A stretch of 64,000 nucleotides of DNA from Candidatus Eiseniibacteriota bacterium (GTDB lineage: Bacteria > Eisenbacteria > RBG-16-71-46). Below, in pieces: positions 47,690 to 60,196 of this stretch; the stretch's first letter is position 1, and each line of letters begins with the position of its first letter. Position numbers and translations under genes: made by a program. Below the pieces are notes generated by a model. That model worked only from the letters and a program-made list of their open reading frames with translations, did not search any database and was not told where the DNA came from. The stretch spans positions 32,001 to 96,000 of the forward strand of contig JBGAML010000013.1 of the NCBI GenBank assembly GCA_044223005.1, read 5' to 3'.

Positions 47690-48430
47690 ATGAACCGATT
47701 CATCGTCCCGATCTTCTTCGCGCTCGCCGTCGCGGTTTCGATCACGGTGTGGTGGAACCTGCCCGCGCTGGGCCCGCTCGGCAAGCAGATGAAGGAAGGT
47801 GGACCGCTCGTGTCCATGCTGATCCTGCTGCTGATCCTGCAGGTCACCTTCGTGCTGGAGCGTATCTGGAGCCTCAACAAGGCGAAGGGCAAGGGCTCGC
47901 TGCCGGACTTCCTCAACAACGTGCGCAAGAAGATCCAGGCGAAGGACGTCGAAGGGGCCATCAAGCTCTGCGCGCAGCAGCGCGGCTCGGCGGCGAACGT
48001 CATGCGCGCCGGTCTCGAGCGTTACAACCTGATGCTCGCGGAAGGTGCCCCGAAGGACAAGATCGTCGCCGAGACGCAGGCGGCCATCCAGGAGGCCAAC
48101 GGCCTCGAAGTGCCGCTCCTCGAGCGCAACCTGATCGCGCTTTCGACGATCGCGTCGATCTCGACGATGGTCGGCCTTCTCGGAACGGTCGTCGGCATGA
48201 TCCGATCGTTCGCCGCCCTCGGCCACACGGGCGCCGTCGACGCGACCAAGCTCGCCGTCGGTATCTCCGAAGCGCTCATCAACACGGCCGGCGGCCTGAT
48301 CGTCGCCATCCTCGGCATCGTCATGTACAACGTGTTCGTGACGCGCGTGGACGGCTTCAACTACATGATGGACGAGGCGTCGTACGAGGCCGTGCAGCTC
48401 CTCGCCGCGAGCGCGTCCGACAAGAAGTAG
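47690..48430 (+). CDS. exbB: MotA/TolQ/ExbB proton channel protein
   Basis: TM helices, LER..., GLLGTVVGMIRSF, GISEALINTAGGL. Confidence 0.9.
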   Translation: MNRFIVPIFFALAVAVSITVWWNLPALGPLGKQMKEGGPLVSMLILLLILQVTFVLERIWSLNKAKGKGSLPDFLNNVRKKIQAKDVEGAIKLCAQQRGSAANVMRAGLERYNLMLAEGAPKDKIVAETQAAIQEANGLEVPLLERNLIALSTIASISTMVGLLGTVVGMIRSFAALGHTGAVDATKLAVGISEALINTAGGLIVAILGIVMYNVFVTRVDGFNYMMDEASYEAVQLLAASASDKK

Positions 48431-48448
48431 ACAGGGGAGGACGAGCCC

Positions 48449-48955
48449 ATGCTCAAGAAGATGCGCCGCATCGGCATCGCCATCGACATGACGCCGATGG
48501 TCGATGTGGCGTTCCTCCTGCTGATCTTCTTCATGTGTACGACCCAGTTCAAGCCACCGGAGAAGGACAAGATCACCCTCCCGGACTCGAACTCCAACGC
48601 GAAGTCTCCCGAGTCGCAGATCATCACCGTGGCCGTCACCGCGCCCAAGCCGGAGAACAACAACGTCTCCGTCGTGCGCGTCACGTGGCGCCAGGGTGGC
48701 CAGGAAGTCGAGAAGATCCTCGGGCCCGACGAGGTGAAGGACCAGCTCGGCAACGTGCTGGGTACCGCCCGCGCCGCGAGCCCGACCTCTCGAATGCTCG
48801 TCAAGATGGACAAGGACGCGCAGTTCGGCGTCATGTCCGACATGATGGGCGCCTTCCAGTCGGCCAACGCGACCCGGTTCAACGTACAGACCAACCTGGC
48901 CATGGGTGGCGGCGCGTTCAAGCGCGGCGCGGCCCCGGGCGCAGCCGCGAAGTGA
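48449..48955 (+). CDS. exbD: ExbD/TolR biopolymer transport protein
   Basis: IDMTPMVDVAFLLLIFFM with conserved TM Asp; KMDKDA.FG. Confidence 0.9.
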   Translation: MLKKMRRIGIAIDMTPMVDVAFLLLIFFMCTTQFKPPEKDKITLPDSNSNAKSPESQIITVAVTAPKPENNNVSVVRVTWRQGGQEVEKILGPDEVKDQLGNVLGTARAASPTSRMLVKMDKDAQFGVMSDMMGAFQSANATRFNVQTNLAMGGGAFKRGAAPGAAAK

Positions 48956-48987
48956 GCCGCGCCAGCCAACGCCGGAGGTGATTTTCT

Positions 48988-49491
48988 ATGGGTGCAGTCG
49001 ACACCCCACAACCCAGAAGTGGTGGCGGTAAGAAGGGCAAGGGCTTCCATCGTCCCAAGCGTCGCGTCGGTGTGCGCATCGACATGACGCCGATGGTGGA
49101 CGTCGCCTTCCTGCTGCTGATCTTCTTCATGGTCACGACGGTGTTCCGCACACCGCAGGCCTTGGAGATCAACCTGCCGCCCGACAACCAGACGCCTGCC
49201 CCGATCGCCGAGTCGAAGATCCTCCAGCTTCGCGTGCTCGGCGAGGACAAGGTGTTCTGGAAGCGGGGACCGAAGGAAGATCCCTGGGTCCACACGAGCA
49301 TCACCGGCTTGAACGACGTGCTCAAGCCGCTCGCGAACAACGACAACATCGTGGTCCTCATCAACATCGACCGCGAGGCGAAGTTCAACAACATGGTCAG
49401 CATCATCGACCAGTTGGACCTGGCCCACCTGGGCCGGTTCTCGATCCTCGAACTGACGCCGAAGGACAAGGCTGAGGTGGAGAAACTGTGA
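48988..49491 (+). CDS. exbD: second ExbD/TolR protein
   Basis: IDMTPMVDVAFLLLIFFMVTTVF; DREAKF..MV.IID. Confidence 0.9.
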   Translation: MGAVDTPQPRSGGGKKGKGFHRPKRRVGVRIDMTPMVDVAFLLLIFFMVTTVFRTPQALEINLPPDNQTPAPIAESKILQLRVLGEDKVFWKRGPKEDPWVHTSITGLNDVLKPLANNDNIVVLINIDREAKFNNMVSIIDQLDLAHLGRFSILELTPKDKAEVEKL

Positions 49492-50210
49492 GCGCGCCCA
49501 AGATCGCACTCTACGAGTTCATGCCCTACGGGGCCCCGGAACTCCTCGAGGTCAGCAAGAAGTACATCACCCGTGCCCTGACGGTCGCGATGTCGGGCCT
49601 CGTGATCATCTTCCTCGTCCTCCTGGGTATCGGGCTCTACCTCGCCAACCGGCCCAAGGAGACGAGCACGATCGTGGTGCCGTACCGCGAGCTCGCGGCC
49701 CCGCCGCCGCTCACGGACGCGCCGCCGCCTCCGAAGGTGCAGGTCACGACGCAGGTCGCGCCGCCCGCCGCGGCCGTTCCGGTCCCCGTGCCGGACGCCG
49801 AAGCGCCGACGGAGCAGAAGATCGCTTCGCAGGAAGAGCTTTCGCAGGCGAGCCCCGGAGTCAGCACCGAAGGTTCGGGCGACAACATCGTCGTCCAGCC
49901 GCCCTCCGAGGAAGAGCTGCCGAAGTTCGGCGAGTACGTCTACGTCGAGGAGCTGCCCGAAGCCGTGACGAAGGTCGCACCCGTCTATCCGGACATCGCG
50001 CGCGAAGCGGGCGTGGACGGCCAGGTGATGGTGCAGGCGCTCGTCGGCAAGGACGGTCACGTGAAGGACGTGCGCGTGGTGAAGAGCATCCCCATGCTGG
50101 ACGCCGCCGCCATCGCGGCGGTGAAGGGGTGGGTGTTCAAGCCGGCGCTCAGCAACAACAAGCCGGTCGCCGTGTGGGTCGCGGTGCCGGTGAAGTTCAG
50201 CCTGCACTAG
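49488..50210 (+). CDS. tonB: energy transducer TonB
   Basis: YGA.EL N-terminus, one TM helix, Pro-rich linker, PVYPDIAREAGVDGQV...W.FKPA TonB C-terminal domain. Confidence 0.92.
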   Translation: MSAPKIALYEFMPYGAPELLEVSKKYITRALTVAMSGLVIIFLVLLGIGLYLANRPKETSTIVVPYRELAAPPPLTDAPPPPKVQVTTQVAPPAAAVPVPVPDAEAPTEQKIASQEELSQASPGVSTEGSGDNIVVQPPSEEELPKFGEYVYVEELPEAVTKVAPVYPDIAREAGVDGQVMVQALVGKDGHVKDVRVVKSIPMLDAAAIAAVKGWVFKPALSNNKPVAVWVAVPVKFSLH

Positions 50211-50233
50211 CGGCACCCAGGCGATCCGTCGGA

Positions 50234-50275
50234 CGGGCGTGCGATCCGCGAGGATCGCACGCCCGCTTCGCTTTT
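50234..50275 (+). terminator. intrinsic terminator after tonB
   Basis: Perfect 14-bp stem CGGGCGTGCGATCC-GCGA-GGATCGCACGCCCG followed by CTTCGCTTTT. Confidence 0.8.
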
Positions 50276-50400
50276 CGGCGGGCGGGCCGCGCCGCCGCCG
50301 TCCGGCGATCCCGGGGCGAGTGCGTGGGCGAGCGGGACGTCGCCTGCCGCGTCCCGGCCCGCGCCCGGGTGGGCTTTTCCCGCGCCGGTCCGGGGTGCAT

Positions 50401-50429
50401 TTGACCACCCCGAATGCACTCCCTACCTT
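50401..50429 (+). promoter_or_regulatory. sigma70-type promoter of the Yip1-TolC-ABC operon
   Basis: TTGACC-17 bp-TACCTT; GAGGAG RBS before ATG 50482. Confidence 0.65.
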
Positions 50430-50481
50430 GGCACTGAGAGCCCTTCCTGCCCCCCCTTGCCGTCCCTTCCGAGGAGTCGCC

Positions 50482-51285
50482 ATGTCGTCGCTCGAAACCG
50501 GTGCGGGCGCGCCTCCCATGCCCCCGGCGCCGTCCGAATCGGGCGCGGCCGCCCCCCTGCCCGCCGCGCCGATGCCGTCCGTCTGGGAACGCAGCCTTCG
50601 CGTGTTCGTCCAGCCTCACAGGGCATGGGAGGGGCTCGAGACGCAGGCCCGGTGGTGGTTCCCGATGCTCGTGATCGTGGCGATCCAGGTCGTCCTGCTC
50701 GCCGGCACGTTCCACCGCGTCATGCTTCCGACGATGCTCGAGCAGTGGTCGCAGGCGGTCGAGAACGGGCAGATGCCCGCGGCGCAGTTCGACAAGCTCC
50801 AGGACTTCTTCGCCAACAACCCCAAGGCGCTGGCGCTGATCGTCGGTCAGCAGGCGCTGCTGCTGCCGATCTTCACGCTGCTGATCGCGCTGGTCGCCTG
50901 GTTCGGGGTCGGGTTCGTGCTCGGGACGCGTTTCCCGTACCGGTACGCGCTCGAGGTCGTGACGTGGTCGGGGCTCGTGCAGTTGCCGCAGACGATCCTG
51001 ACCTTCGTGATCGGGTGGTTCAACGAAACCCTCAAGGGGATCCACTTCGGGCTGGGCGCCCTGCTGCCGACCGAGGAGACCCCGACCAAGCTGCACCAGG
51101 GGCTTTCGGTGCTGCTGGACGCCGTCGGGCCGTTCAGCATCTGGTACCTCGTCGTCGCGATTTTCGGTGCGAGCGCCCTCTCGGGTGCTCCGCGCAAGAA
51201 CGTGGCGTGGGTGCTGGCCGCGCTGTACGTCGCCCTGACGATCGTCTTCGCCGTCGTGGCCGCGCTGTTCACCCCCGGCACCTGA
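50482..51285 (+). CDS. Yip1/YknW-family membrane protein
   Basis: VF..P..AW, about 5 TM helices, PFSIWY; heads a MacAB-type operon. Confidence 0.8.
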   Translation: MSSLETGAGAPPMPPAPSESGAAAPLPAAPMPSVWERSLRVFVQPHRAWEGLETQARWWFPMLVIVAIQVVLLAGTFHRVMLPTMLEQWSQAVENGQMPAAQFDKLQDFFANNPKALALIVGQQALLLPIFTLLIALVAWFGVGFVLGTRFPYRYALEVVTWSGLVQLPQTILTFVIGWFNETLKGIHFGLGALLPTEETPTKLHQGLSVLLDAVGPFSIWYLVVAIFGASALSGAPRKNVAWVLAALYVALTIVFAVVAALFTPGT

Positions 51286-51328
51286 CGCCCGCACGCAACC
51301 CGGGCGCTCCGGGAGCCGTAGCCTGTGC

Positions 51329-51351
51329 ACGCCGTGTCCCGGACACGGCGT
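51329..51351. repeat. 23-bp palindrome between the Yip1 and TolC genes
   Basis: ACGCCGTGTCC-C-GGACACGGCGT. Confidence 0.75.
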
Positions 51352-51392
51352 CTCGATGTCTGACCGTGACCTGCGAAGGAGTGGATTCCCGG

Positions 51393-52709
51393 ATGCTCCG
51401 ACTCACGATGGTGTTCCTCGCTCTGCTCCTCGCCGGTCGGGCGACTGCAGCGCCCCTGACGGCCGACGAAGCGGTTCGCATCGCGCTGCAGCGCAACTCC
51501 CAGGTCATCCAGTCGCGCGCCTCGCAACTGGATGCGACCGCCGGCATGTGGCGGGCCTATTCCGGCATCCTGCCCTCCGTGTCGGCGTCGCTGACGCGCA
51601 GTGGCAACAAGACGCACGAGGCGCGCTCGTACACGGTCGACACGAACACGCTCACGTACGTGCGGACGACGACGATGGACGGACAGTCGTTCACCACGAC
51701 GCAGGGCCTGAGCGGGCGATGGAACGTGCTCGACCTCTCGGCGTGGACCAACTGGTCGTCGGCGCGGCAGGGAGTGCGTTCGGCCAACTACGGCGCCGCC
51801 GCGACGCGCGCGGACGTGGCCCTGGCCACCCGGCGGCAGTTCTATTCGGTGGTGCAGGCGATGCACCAGTCGCGCGTGAACGGCGAGGCGCTGCGACTCG
51901 CTCGCGACAGCGAGCGTCGCGTGCGCGCGCTCTTCGAGGTGGGCTCGGTGTCCAAGAGCGACCTCCTCAAGGCGCAGGTGGCGACGTCGCAGGCCGTGCT
52001 CGATTCGCTCACGGCCGATCACGCGGTCACCAGCCAGCGCATCGCGCTGTCGCAGCAGCTCGGCCTGCCGGAGGCGCAGCTCGCCGAGGTGGATTCGACG
52101 CTGGCGCCGGACGCGCCGCCGGTGGACGGTGCGGTCATTCTCTCCGAGGCGCGGGCCAACCGGCCGGACCTCAAGGCGGCGGACGCGGACGTGCGCGCGG
52201 CGGAGCTGGCGCTGCGCTCGTCGCACTGGTCGCGACTGCCGTACGTCGCCGCCACCGGTTCCTACACGCCCGACACCAAGACCGAGTCGAGCGGCGAGCC
52301 CTTCCCGCGCGAGAACAAGGGCGTGGCCAGCGGCTCGCTGTCGCTCAACCTGAACCTGTTCGACGGCCTGGCGACGGACGCCGCGGTCGCCAGCGCGCGC
52401 GCGGCGGTGTTGCGCAGCCGTGAAACCCGCGACGCGCTCGTCCGTAATCTCGAGAGCGAAGTCCACCAGGCGCTGCTCGGCTACCAGGAGGCGGTCGAGA
52501 CCGAGGCCGTGGCCGAGCGCACGGTGGAATCCGCGACCGAGAACCACAATCTCGTGCTCCAGAAGTACAACGTGGGCTCGGCGACCATCCTCGACCTCAT
52601 CGATTCGCAGGTGCAGTTGCAGCGGGCGGAGAGCAGCCTCGTTTCGGCGAAGGCGTCGATCCGCGTCGCGCTCGCCACGCTGGACCAGGTGCGCGGGCGA
52701 ACCCCGTGA
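51393..52709 (+). CDS. TolC-family outer membrane efflux protein
   Basis: Signal peptide, two OEP repeats (A..AL.RN, LP, FEVG..SK.D, NRPDL, LFDG, YNVG.AT.LD). Confidence 0.9.
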   Translation: MLRLTMVFLALLLAGRATAAPLTADEAVRIALQRNSQVIQSRASQLDATAGMWRAYSGILPSVSASLTRSGNKTHEARSYTVDTNTLTYVRTTTMDGQSFTTTQGLSGRWNVLDLSAWTNWSSARQGVRSANYGAAATRADVALATRRQFYSVVQAMHQSRVNGEALRLARDSERRVRALFEVGSVSKSDLLKAQVATSQAVLDSLTADHAVTSQRIALSQQLGLPEAQLAEVDSTLAPDAPPVDGAVILSEARANRPDLKAADADVRAAELALRSSHWSRLPYVAATGSYTPDTKTESSGEPFPRENKGVASGSLSLNLNLFDGLATDAAVASARAAVLRSRETRDALVRNLESEVHQALLGYQEAVETEAVAERTVESATENHNLVLQKYNVGSATILDLIDSQVQLQRAESSLVSAKASIRVALATLDQVRGRTP

Positions 52710-52731
52710 TCGGAAAGGAACGTCCGCGTTC

Positions 52732-54012
52732 ATGAAAAGGCTGGTGTGGCTTTGGGTCGCCCTCGGGGTCGTGCTGCTCGTGACCGTGGTGGTGGCCAGT
52801 GTCGCCAACGTCTCGCGCAGCAAGGTCCAGCCCGTCCAGCTCGCCGTCGTGCACCGCGAGGACGTCACGTCCCGCGTCCGGGCGCCGGGCAAGATCGAGC
52901 CGAAGACCCAGGTGAAGATCAGCGCCGACATCATGGGCAAGATCACGCACCTGCTGGTCAAGGAGGGCGATCCGGTCAAGCGCGGGCAGCTGATGCTGCA
53001 GCTCGACGACACGCAGTACCGGAGCCTGTGGGAGCAGTCGCGTGCCGCCGCGGCGTCCGCCGACGCGCGCGTGCGCGATACGCAGTCGTCGCTGCGCACG
53101 GTGCAGTCGAACTTCGGCCGCCAGAAGTCGCTCTTCGACCAGAAGCTGCTTTCGCCGGCGGAGTGGGAGCAGGCGCAGTCGAACTACGAGAGCGCCCGCG
53201 TCGCCGCGGCCAGCGCGCAGGAGGACGCCGCGCGCGCCCACGCCGCGTTGCGCGGAGCCGCGGACAATCTCGGCAAGACGCAGTTCCATGCACCGTTCGA
53301 CGGCGTCGTGAGCGCGCTCAACGTCGAGCAGGGCGAGATCGTGATCACGGGCACGATGAACAACATCGGCACCCAGATCCTCACGGTCTCCGACCTCTCG
53401 CGCATGCAGGTTCGCGCGGACGTCGACGAGACGGACATCGTCAACATGAGCCTGGGGCAGAAGGCCCGCATCTCGGTGGACGCCATCCCGGACACGACGT
53501 TCCCCGGAATGGTGACCGAGATCGGCAACACCGCCAAACGCTCGATCACGTCGACGGTCGAGGGGCAGACGAACTTCGAAGTCGTGGTGGTGTTCGACCA
53601 CAACGTGCCGCGCGTGCGCCCCGGCATGACCGCCGACGTCGAGATCGAGACCGGGACGCACGCGAAGGTGCTGACGGTCCCGATCCAGTCCGTCGTCGTG
53701 CGTACGCAGCGCGAACTCGACCGGGCCGCGCGCGGCAAGGTCAAGCCCGTCAAGCGCTCCACGACCCTCGGCGCCGACGAGGACACCGTCGGGCGGAAGG
53801 ACAAGGAGATCACCGGCGTGTTCGTCGTGCGCAACAAGGTCGCGACGTTCGTGCCCGTGCGCAGCGGTCTCGCGAGCGAGACGCGGATCGAGATCACCGG
53901 TGACGTGAAGGAAGGCGACCAGGTCGTCGCCGGGCCGTACAAGGCGCTCCGCGAGTTGAAGCCGGGCGGCAAGGTGCGCAAGGACACGGGCGAATCCAAG
54001 GGCAAGAAGTGA
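52732..54012 (+). CDS. efflux periplasmic adaptor (MacA/HlyD family)
   Basis: N-terminal TM, GKI..L.VKEGD.VK.GQL, coiled coil, APFDG.V, VDETDI, RPGMTA. Confidence 0.9.
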   Translation: MKRLVWLWVALGVVLLVTVVVASVANVSRSKVQPVQLAVVHREDVTSRVRAPGKIEPKTQVKISADIMGKITHLLVKEGDPVKRGQLMLQLDDTQYRSLWEQSRAAAASADARVRDTQSSLRTVQSNFGRQKSLFDQKLLSPAEWEQAQSNYESARVAAASAQEDAARAHAALRGAADNLGKTQFHAPFDGVVSALNVEQGEIVITGTMNNIGTQILTVSDLSRMQVRADVDETDIVNMSLGQKARISVDAIPDTTFPGMVTEIGNTAKRSITSTVEGQTNFEVVVVFDHNVPRVRPGMTADVEIETGTHAKVLTVPIQSVVVRTQRELDRAARGKVKPVKRSTTLGADEDTVGRKDKEITGVFVVRNKVATFVPVRSGLASETRIEITGDVKEGDQVVAGPYKALRELKPGGKVRKDTGESKGKK

Positions 54013-54019
54013 GGACGAC

Positions 54020-54742
54020 ATGCTGATCGCCATCCACGGCCTGCATCGCGTCTACCAGGTGGGCGACCAGGAAGTCCGGGCGCTCGACGGGGTGGACCTC
54101 GAGATCGACCAGAACGAATACGTGGCGATCATGGGCCCTTCGGGGTCCGGCAAGTCCACGCTCATGAACATCCTCGGGTGCCTCGACACGCCGACGCACG
54201 GCTCCTACCTGCTCAAGTCGCAGGAGATCGCGAAGATGTCGGACGACGACCTCGCCCGGATCCGCAACCAGGAGATCGGGTTCGTCTTCCAGACCTTCAA
54301 CCTGCTGCCGCGCGCCGATGCGCTCCACAACGTCGAGCTGCCGCTCGTCTACGCCGGCATGAAGCACGAGGATCGACGCGTTCGGGCGCGAGAGGCGCTG
54401 ACCATGGTCGGCCTCGGGGACCGCATGAAGCACCGTCCCAACGAGCTCTCCGGCGGCCAGCGCCAGCGTGTGGCGATCGCGCGCGCGCTCGTGAACAGGC
54501 CCAGCATCATCCTCGCGGACGAGCCGACGGGTAACCTCGACTCGCGGACGGGCGAGGAGATCATGAACGCCTTCGAGAACATCTGGCGCCAGGGCAACAC
54601 GGTGATCCTCGTCACGCACGAGCCCGACATCGCCGAACACGCCCGCCGCATCGTGCGCATGAAGGACGGCCGGATCGAGAGCGACCAGGCCAACCCGAAT
54701 CCCCGGTCCACGTCGGGCGCGGCCACCGGCTCGCAGGCATGA
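54020..54742 (+). CDS. MacB-type ABC transporter ATP-binding protein
   Basis: [41 protein letters not shown]. Confidence 0.93.
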   Translation: MLIAIHGLHRVYQVGDQEVRALDGVDLEIDQNEYVAIMGPSGSGKSTLMNILGCLDTPTHGSYLLKSQEIAKMSDDDLARIRNQEIGFVFQTFNLLPRADALHNVELPLVYAGMKHEDRRVRAREALTMVGLGDRMKHRPNELSGGQRQRVAIARALVNRPSIILADEPTGNLDSRTGEEIMNAFENIWRQGNTVILVTHEPDIAEHARRIVRMKDGRIESDQANPNPRSTSGAATGSQA

Positions 54743-55956
54743 ACCCCCGCGAAAGCGTGGGGATCGCCCTGCGCGGGATCGTGGCGAACAAGCTGCGATC
54801 CTTCCTGACGCTCCTCGGCACGATCATCGGCGTCGCGTCCGTCATCGCCGTGGTGTCCTTCGTCGAGGGCATGAACCAGTTCGTGACCATGAAGCTCCTG
54901 AATGCGGGCGCGAACGTGTTCGTGGTCGACAAGTACGGGTTCGTGACCAGCCAGGAGGCCTTCGAGGAAGCCAACCGGCGCCCGGACGTCACGCTCGACG
55001 ACTCGGACGCGCTGCGTGCGGGCGTGGAGCACGCCGCGATGGTCGTGGGCGAGGCCGAGGGCAACTCGCCCGTGCGCTGGCGGTCGAAGGTCATGAAGGG
55101 CGTGAGCGTCCACGGCCGCGGCGAAGGCTACGATCTCGTCGACGACATCGCGATCGCCGACGGCCGGCACATCACCGAGCTCGACGACCGCCGGCGCCAG
55201 TCGGTCTGCGTCCTGGGCCCCGAGGTGGTCGAGGAGATCTTCGGCAACTCGGACCCGATCGGCAGCCGGGTGCGGATCGGCGGGCAGGACTTCCTGGTGG
55301 TCGGCGTCACCAAGGCCAAGGGCAAGATGCTGGGCGTGAGCCAGGACCGGTTCGTCACGATCCCGGTGCGCACGTTCCAGAAGTTCTTCCAGGAGCGCGG
55401 CTCGTTCTCGATCGCGATCAAGAGCGTGGACCAGTCCTCGCTGCCGCTGGCCGAGCAGGAGGCCCGCAACATCATGCGGGCGCGCCGGCACCAGCGCCCG
55501 GGGCAGCCGGACGCGTTCGGCATCACGACCTCGGACACGTGGCTGCAGCTCTACCACACGCTGACGGGCGGCATCTTCATCGTCACGATCGGCGTCGCGG
55601 CGATCTCGCTGCTGGTCGGCGGCATCGTGATCATGAACATCATGCTCGTTTCCGTGACCGAGCGGACGCGTGAGATCGGCATCCGCAAGGCGCTCGGCGC
55701 CCGCCGCCGCGACATCCTCGCGCAGTTCCTCGTGGAATCGACGACGCTCTCGCTTTCGGGCGGCATCGTCGGCATCCTGCTGGGCATGGCGCTCGCGCTG
55801 GGCGTGGGGGCGGTCTCGCCGTTGCCGGCCGCGGTCAGCCTGCCCGCCGTCCTGCTCGGCGTGGTCATGAGCACGGCGGTCGGCGTGTTCTTCGGTTCGT
55901 ACCCGGCCGTGCGCGCGGCCCGCCTCGATCCCATCGAGGCGCTGCGTTACGAGTGA
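54739..55956 (+). CDS. MacB/FtsX-type ABC permease
   Basis: [55 protein letters not shown]. Confidence 0.93.
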   Translation: MNPRESVGIALRGIVANKLRSFLTLLGTIIGVASVIAVVSFVEGMNQFVTMKLLNAGANVFVVDKYGFVTSQEAFEEANRRPDVTLDDSDALRAGVEHAAMVVGEAEGNSPVRWRSKVMKGVSVHGRGEGYDLVDDIAIADGRHITELDDRRRQSVCVLGPEVVEEIFGNSDPIGSRVRIGGQDFLVVGVTKAKGKMLGVSQDRFVTIPVRTFQKFFQERGSFSIAIKSVDQSSLPLAEQEARNIMRARRHQRPGQPDAFGITTSDTWLQLYHTLTGGIFIVTIGVAAISLLVGGIVIMNIMLVSVTERTREIGIRKALGARRRDILAQFLVESTTLSLSGGIVGILLGMALALGVGAVSPLPAAVSLPAVLLGVVMSTAVGVFFGSYPAVRAARLDPIEALRYE

Positions 55957-55960
55957 TCCC

Positions 55961-57232
55961 GTGAGCTTCCTGGCACTGCTGCGCGAGACGTTCGCGATGG
56001 CGCGATCGGCGCTGGTGGCCAACCGGCTGCGCTCGGGGCTGGCGCTGCTCGGGATCGTGATCGGCGTCGCGACGGTGATCGCGATGGTCGCCCTCATCAA
56101 CGGTTTCCAGCGCTCGTTCCAGCAGAGCATCCAGTCGATCGGCAACAACACGCTCTACGTCCGCCGCATCCGGCCGGGCATCAACTTCTCGGGCGACATC
56201 CCGGACAGCCTGAAGCAGCGCCGAGCGTTCACCATGGACGACGCGCGCGCGATCCTCGAGCAGGCGCCGGCGGTGCGGGCCGTGGCTCCGTTCAAGTTCC
56301 CGTTCGACAACATCCGGCTCTCGTACCGCGAGCGGCACACGAAGACGACCTTCCTCTACGGCACGAACGAGTCGTACCTCGTGGCGCACAGCTACGACCT
56401 TTCGCGCGGACGGTTCTTCACGCAGCAGGAGGTGACGTCGAAGGCGAACGTCTGCGTGCTCGGCAAGGACACGCGCGAGGCGATGTTCGCCGACGCGTCC
56501 GCGATCGGGCGCACGGTGCACATCAACGGCATCCCGTTCACCGTGATCGGGGAGTTCGAGCCGAAGGGCAAGTTCCTCGGGAACAACTTCGACGAGGTCG
56601 CCTGCGTTCCGTACACGGTGGTCGACAAGTACTGGGCGGCACCGAGTTCGGCGCCGCCCTGGTTCCCGAAACGCGGCGAGTTGTTCCTCGACGCGATCGC
56701 GGTCTCGCCCGACCAGAGCGAACTGGCGATGAAGCAGATCAGCGAGGTGCTGCGCGTCCGGCGGCACCTGCCGAGCAACAAGATGAACGACTTCGTCGTG
56801 TTCAGCGACGATGCGTTCCTCTCGCTCTACCAGACGGTGACGGGAGGGATCGTCGCGCTGATGACGCTCATCTCCTCGATCGCCCTGCTGGTCGGCGGGA
56901 TCGGCGTGATGAACATCATGCTCGTCGCCGTCACCGAGCGGACGCGCGAGATCGGCGTGCGCAAGGCGCTCGGTGCGCCGCGCCGGGCGATCCTGCTGCA
57001 GTTCCTGGTGGAGGCGGTGCTGCTGACCGCGGCGGGGGGCGTCGTGGGCATCCTGGCGGGCGCGGGCGTGTCGTTCCTCGTCAAGGCCGTGAGCCCGCTG
57101 CCGACCTACGTGTCCGGCTGGTCGGTCGCGACGGCGCTCGGATTCTCGGCGCTCGTGGGCGTCTTCTTCGGCCTGTATCCGGCCATGCGGGCGTCGCGGC
57201 TCGATCCGGTGGATTCGCTGCGTTACGAGTGA
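55961..57232 (+). CDS. second MacB/FtsX-type ABC permease
   Basis: [49 protein letters not shown]. Confidence 0.93.
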   Translation: MSFLALLRETFAMARSALVANRLRSGLALLGIVIGVATVIAMVALINGFQRSFQQSIQSIGNNTLYVRRIRPGINFSGDIPDSLKQRRAFTMDDARAILEQAPAVRAVAPFKFPFDNIRLSYRERHTKTTFLYGTNESYLVAHSYDLSRGRFFTQQEVTSKANVCVLGKDTREAMFADASAIGRTVHINGIPFTVIGEFEPKGKFLGNNFDEVACVPYTVVDKYWAAPSSAPPWFPKRGELFLDAIAVSPDQSELAMKQISEVLRVRRHLPSNKMNDFVVFSDDAFLSLYQTVTGGIVALMTLISSIALLVGGIGVMNIMLVAVTERTREIGVRKALGAPRRAILLQFLVEAVLLTAAGGVVGILAGAGVSFLVKAVSPLPTYVSGWSVATALGFSALVGVFFGLYPAMRASRLDPVDSLRYE

Positions 57233-57251
57233 CCGTGGGCGTGCCCGGGCG

Positions 57252-57260
57252 TGCTATCTT
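57252..57260 (+). promoter_or_regulatory. extended -10 element (near-leaderless uvrA candidate)
   Basis: TGcTATCTT, 9 nt before the uvrA ATG, with no SD sequence. Confidence 0.4.
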
Positions 57261-57269
57261 CGCCGCCCC

Positions 57270-60143
<2,874 letters not shown>

Positions 60144-60196
60144 CGCCCACGACGGCTAGCGAGGCCCAGCCTCGATCGACCACGAGGACGACGACC

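Noticed and set aside
47690..50210. Tol-Pal system or flagellar/gliding motor
   Set aside because: No tolB/pal/ybgC or motB OmpA-like domain; the last gene has a canonical TonB C-terminal domain.
57233..57269. LexA/SOS box upstream of uvrA
   Set aside because: No CTGT-N8-ACAG, GAAC-N4-GTTC or other clear palindrome in the 37-bp gap.
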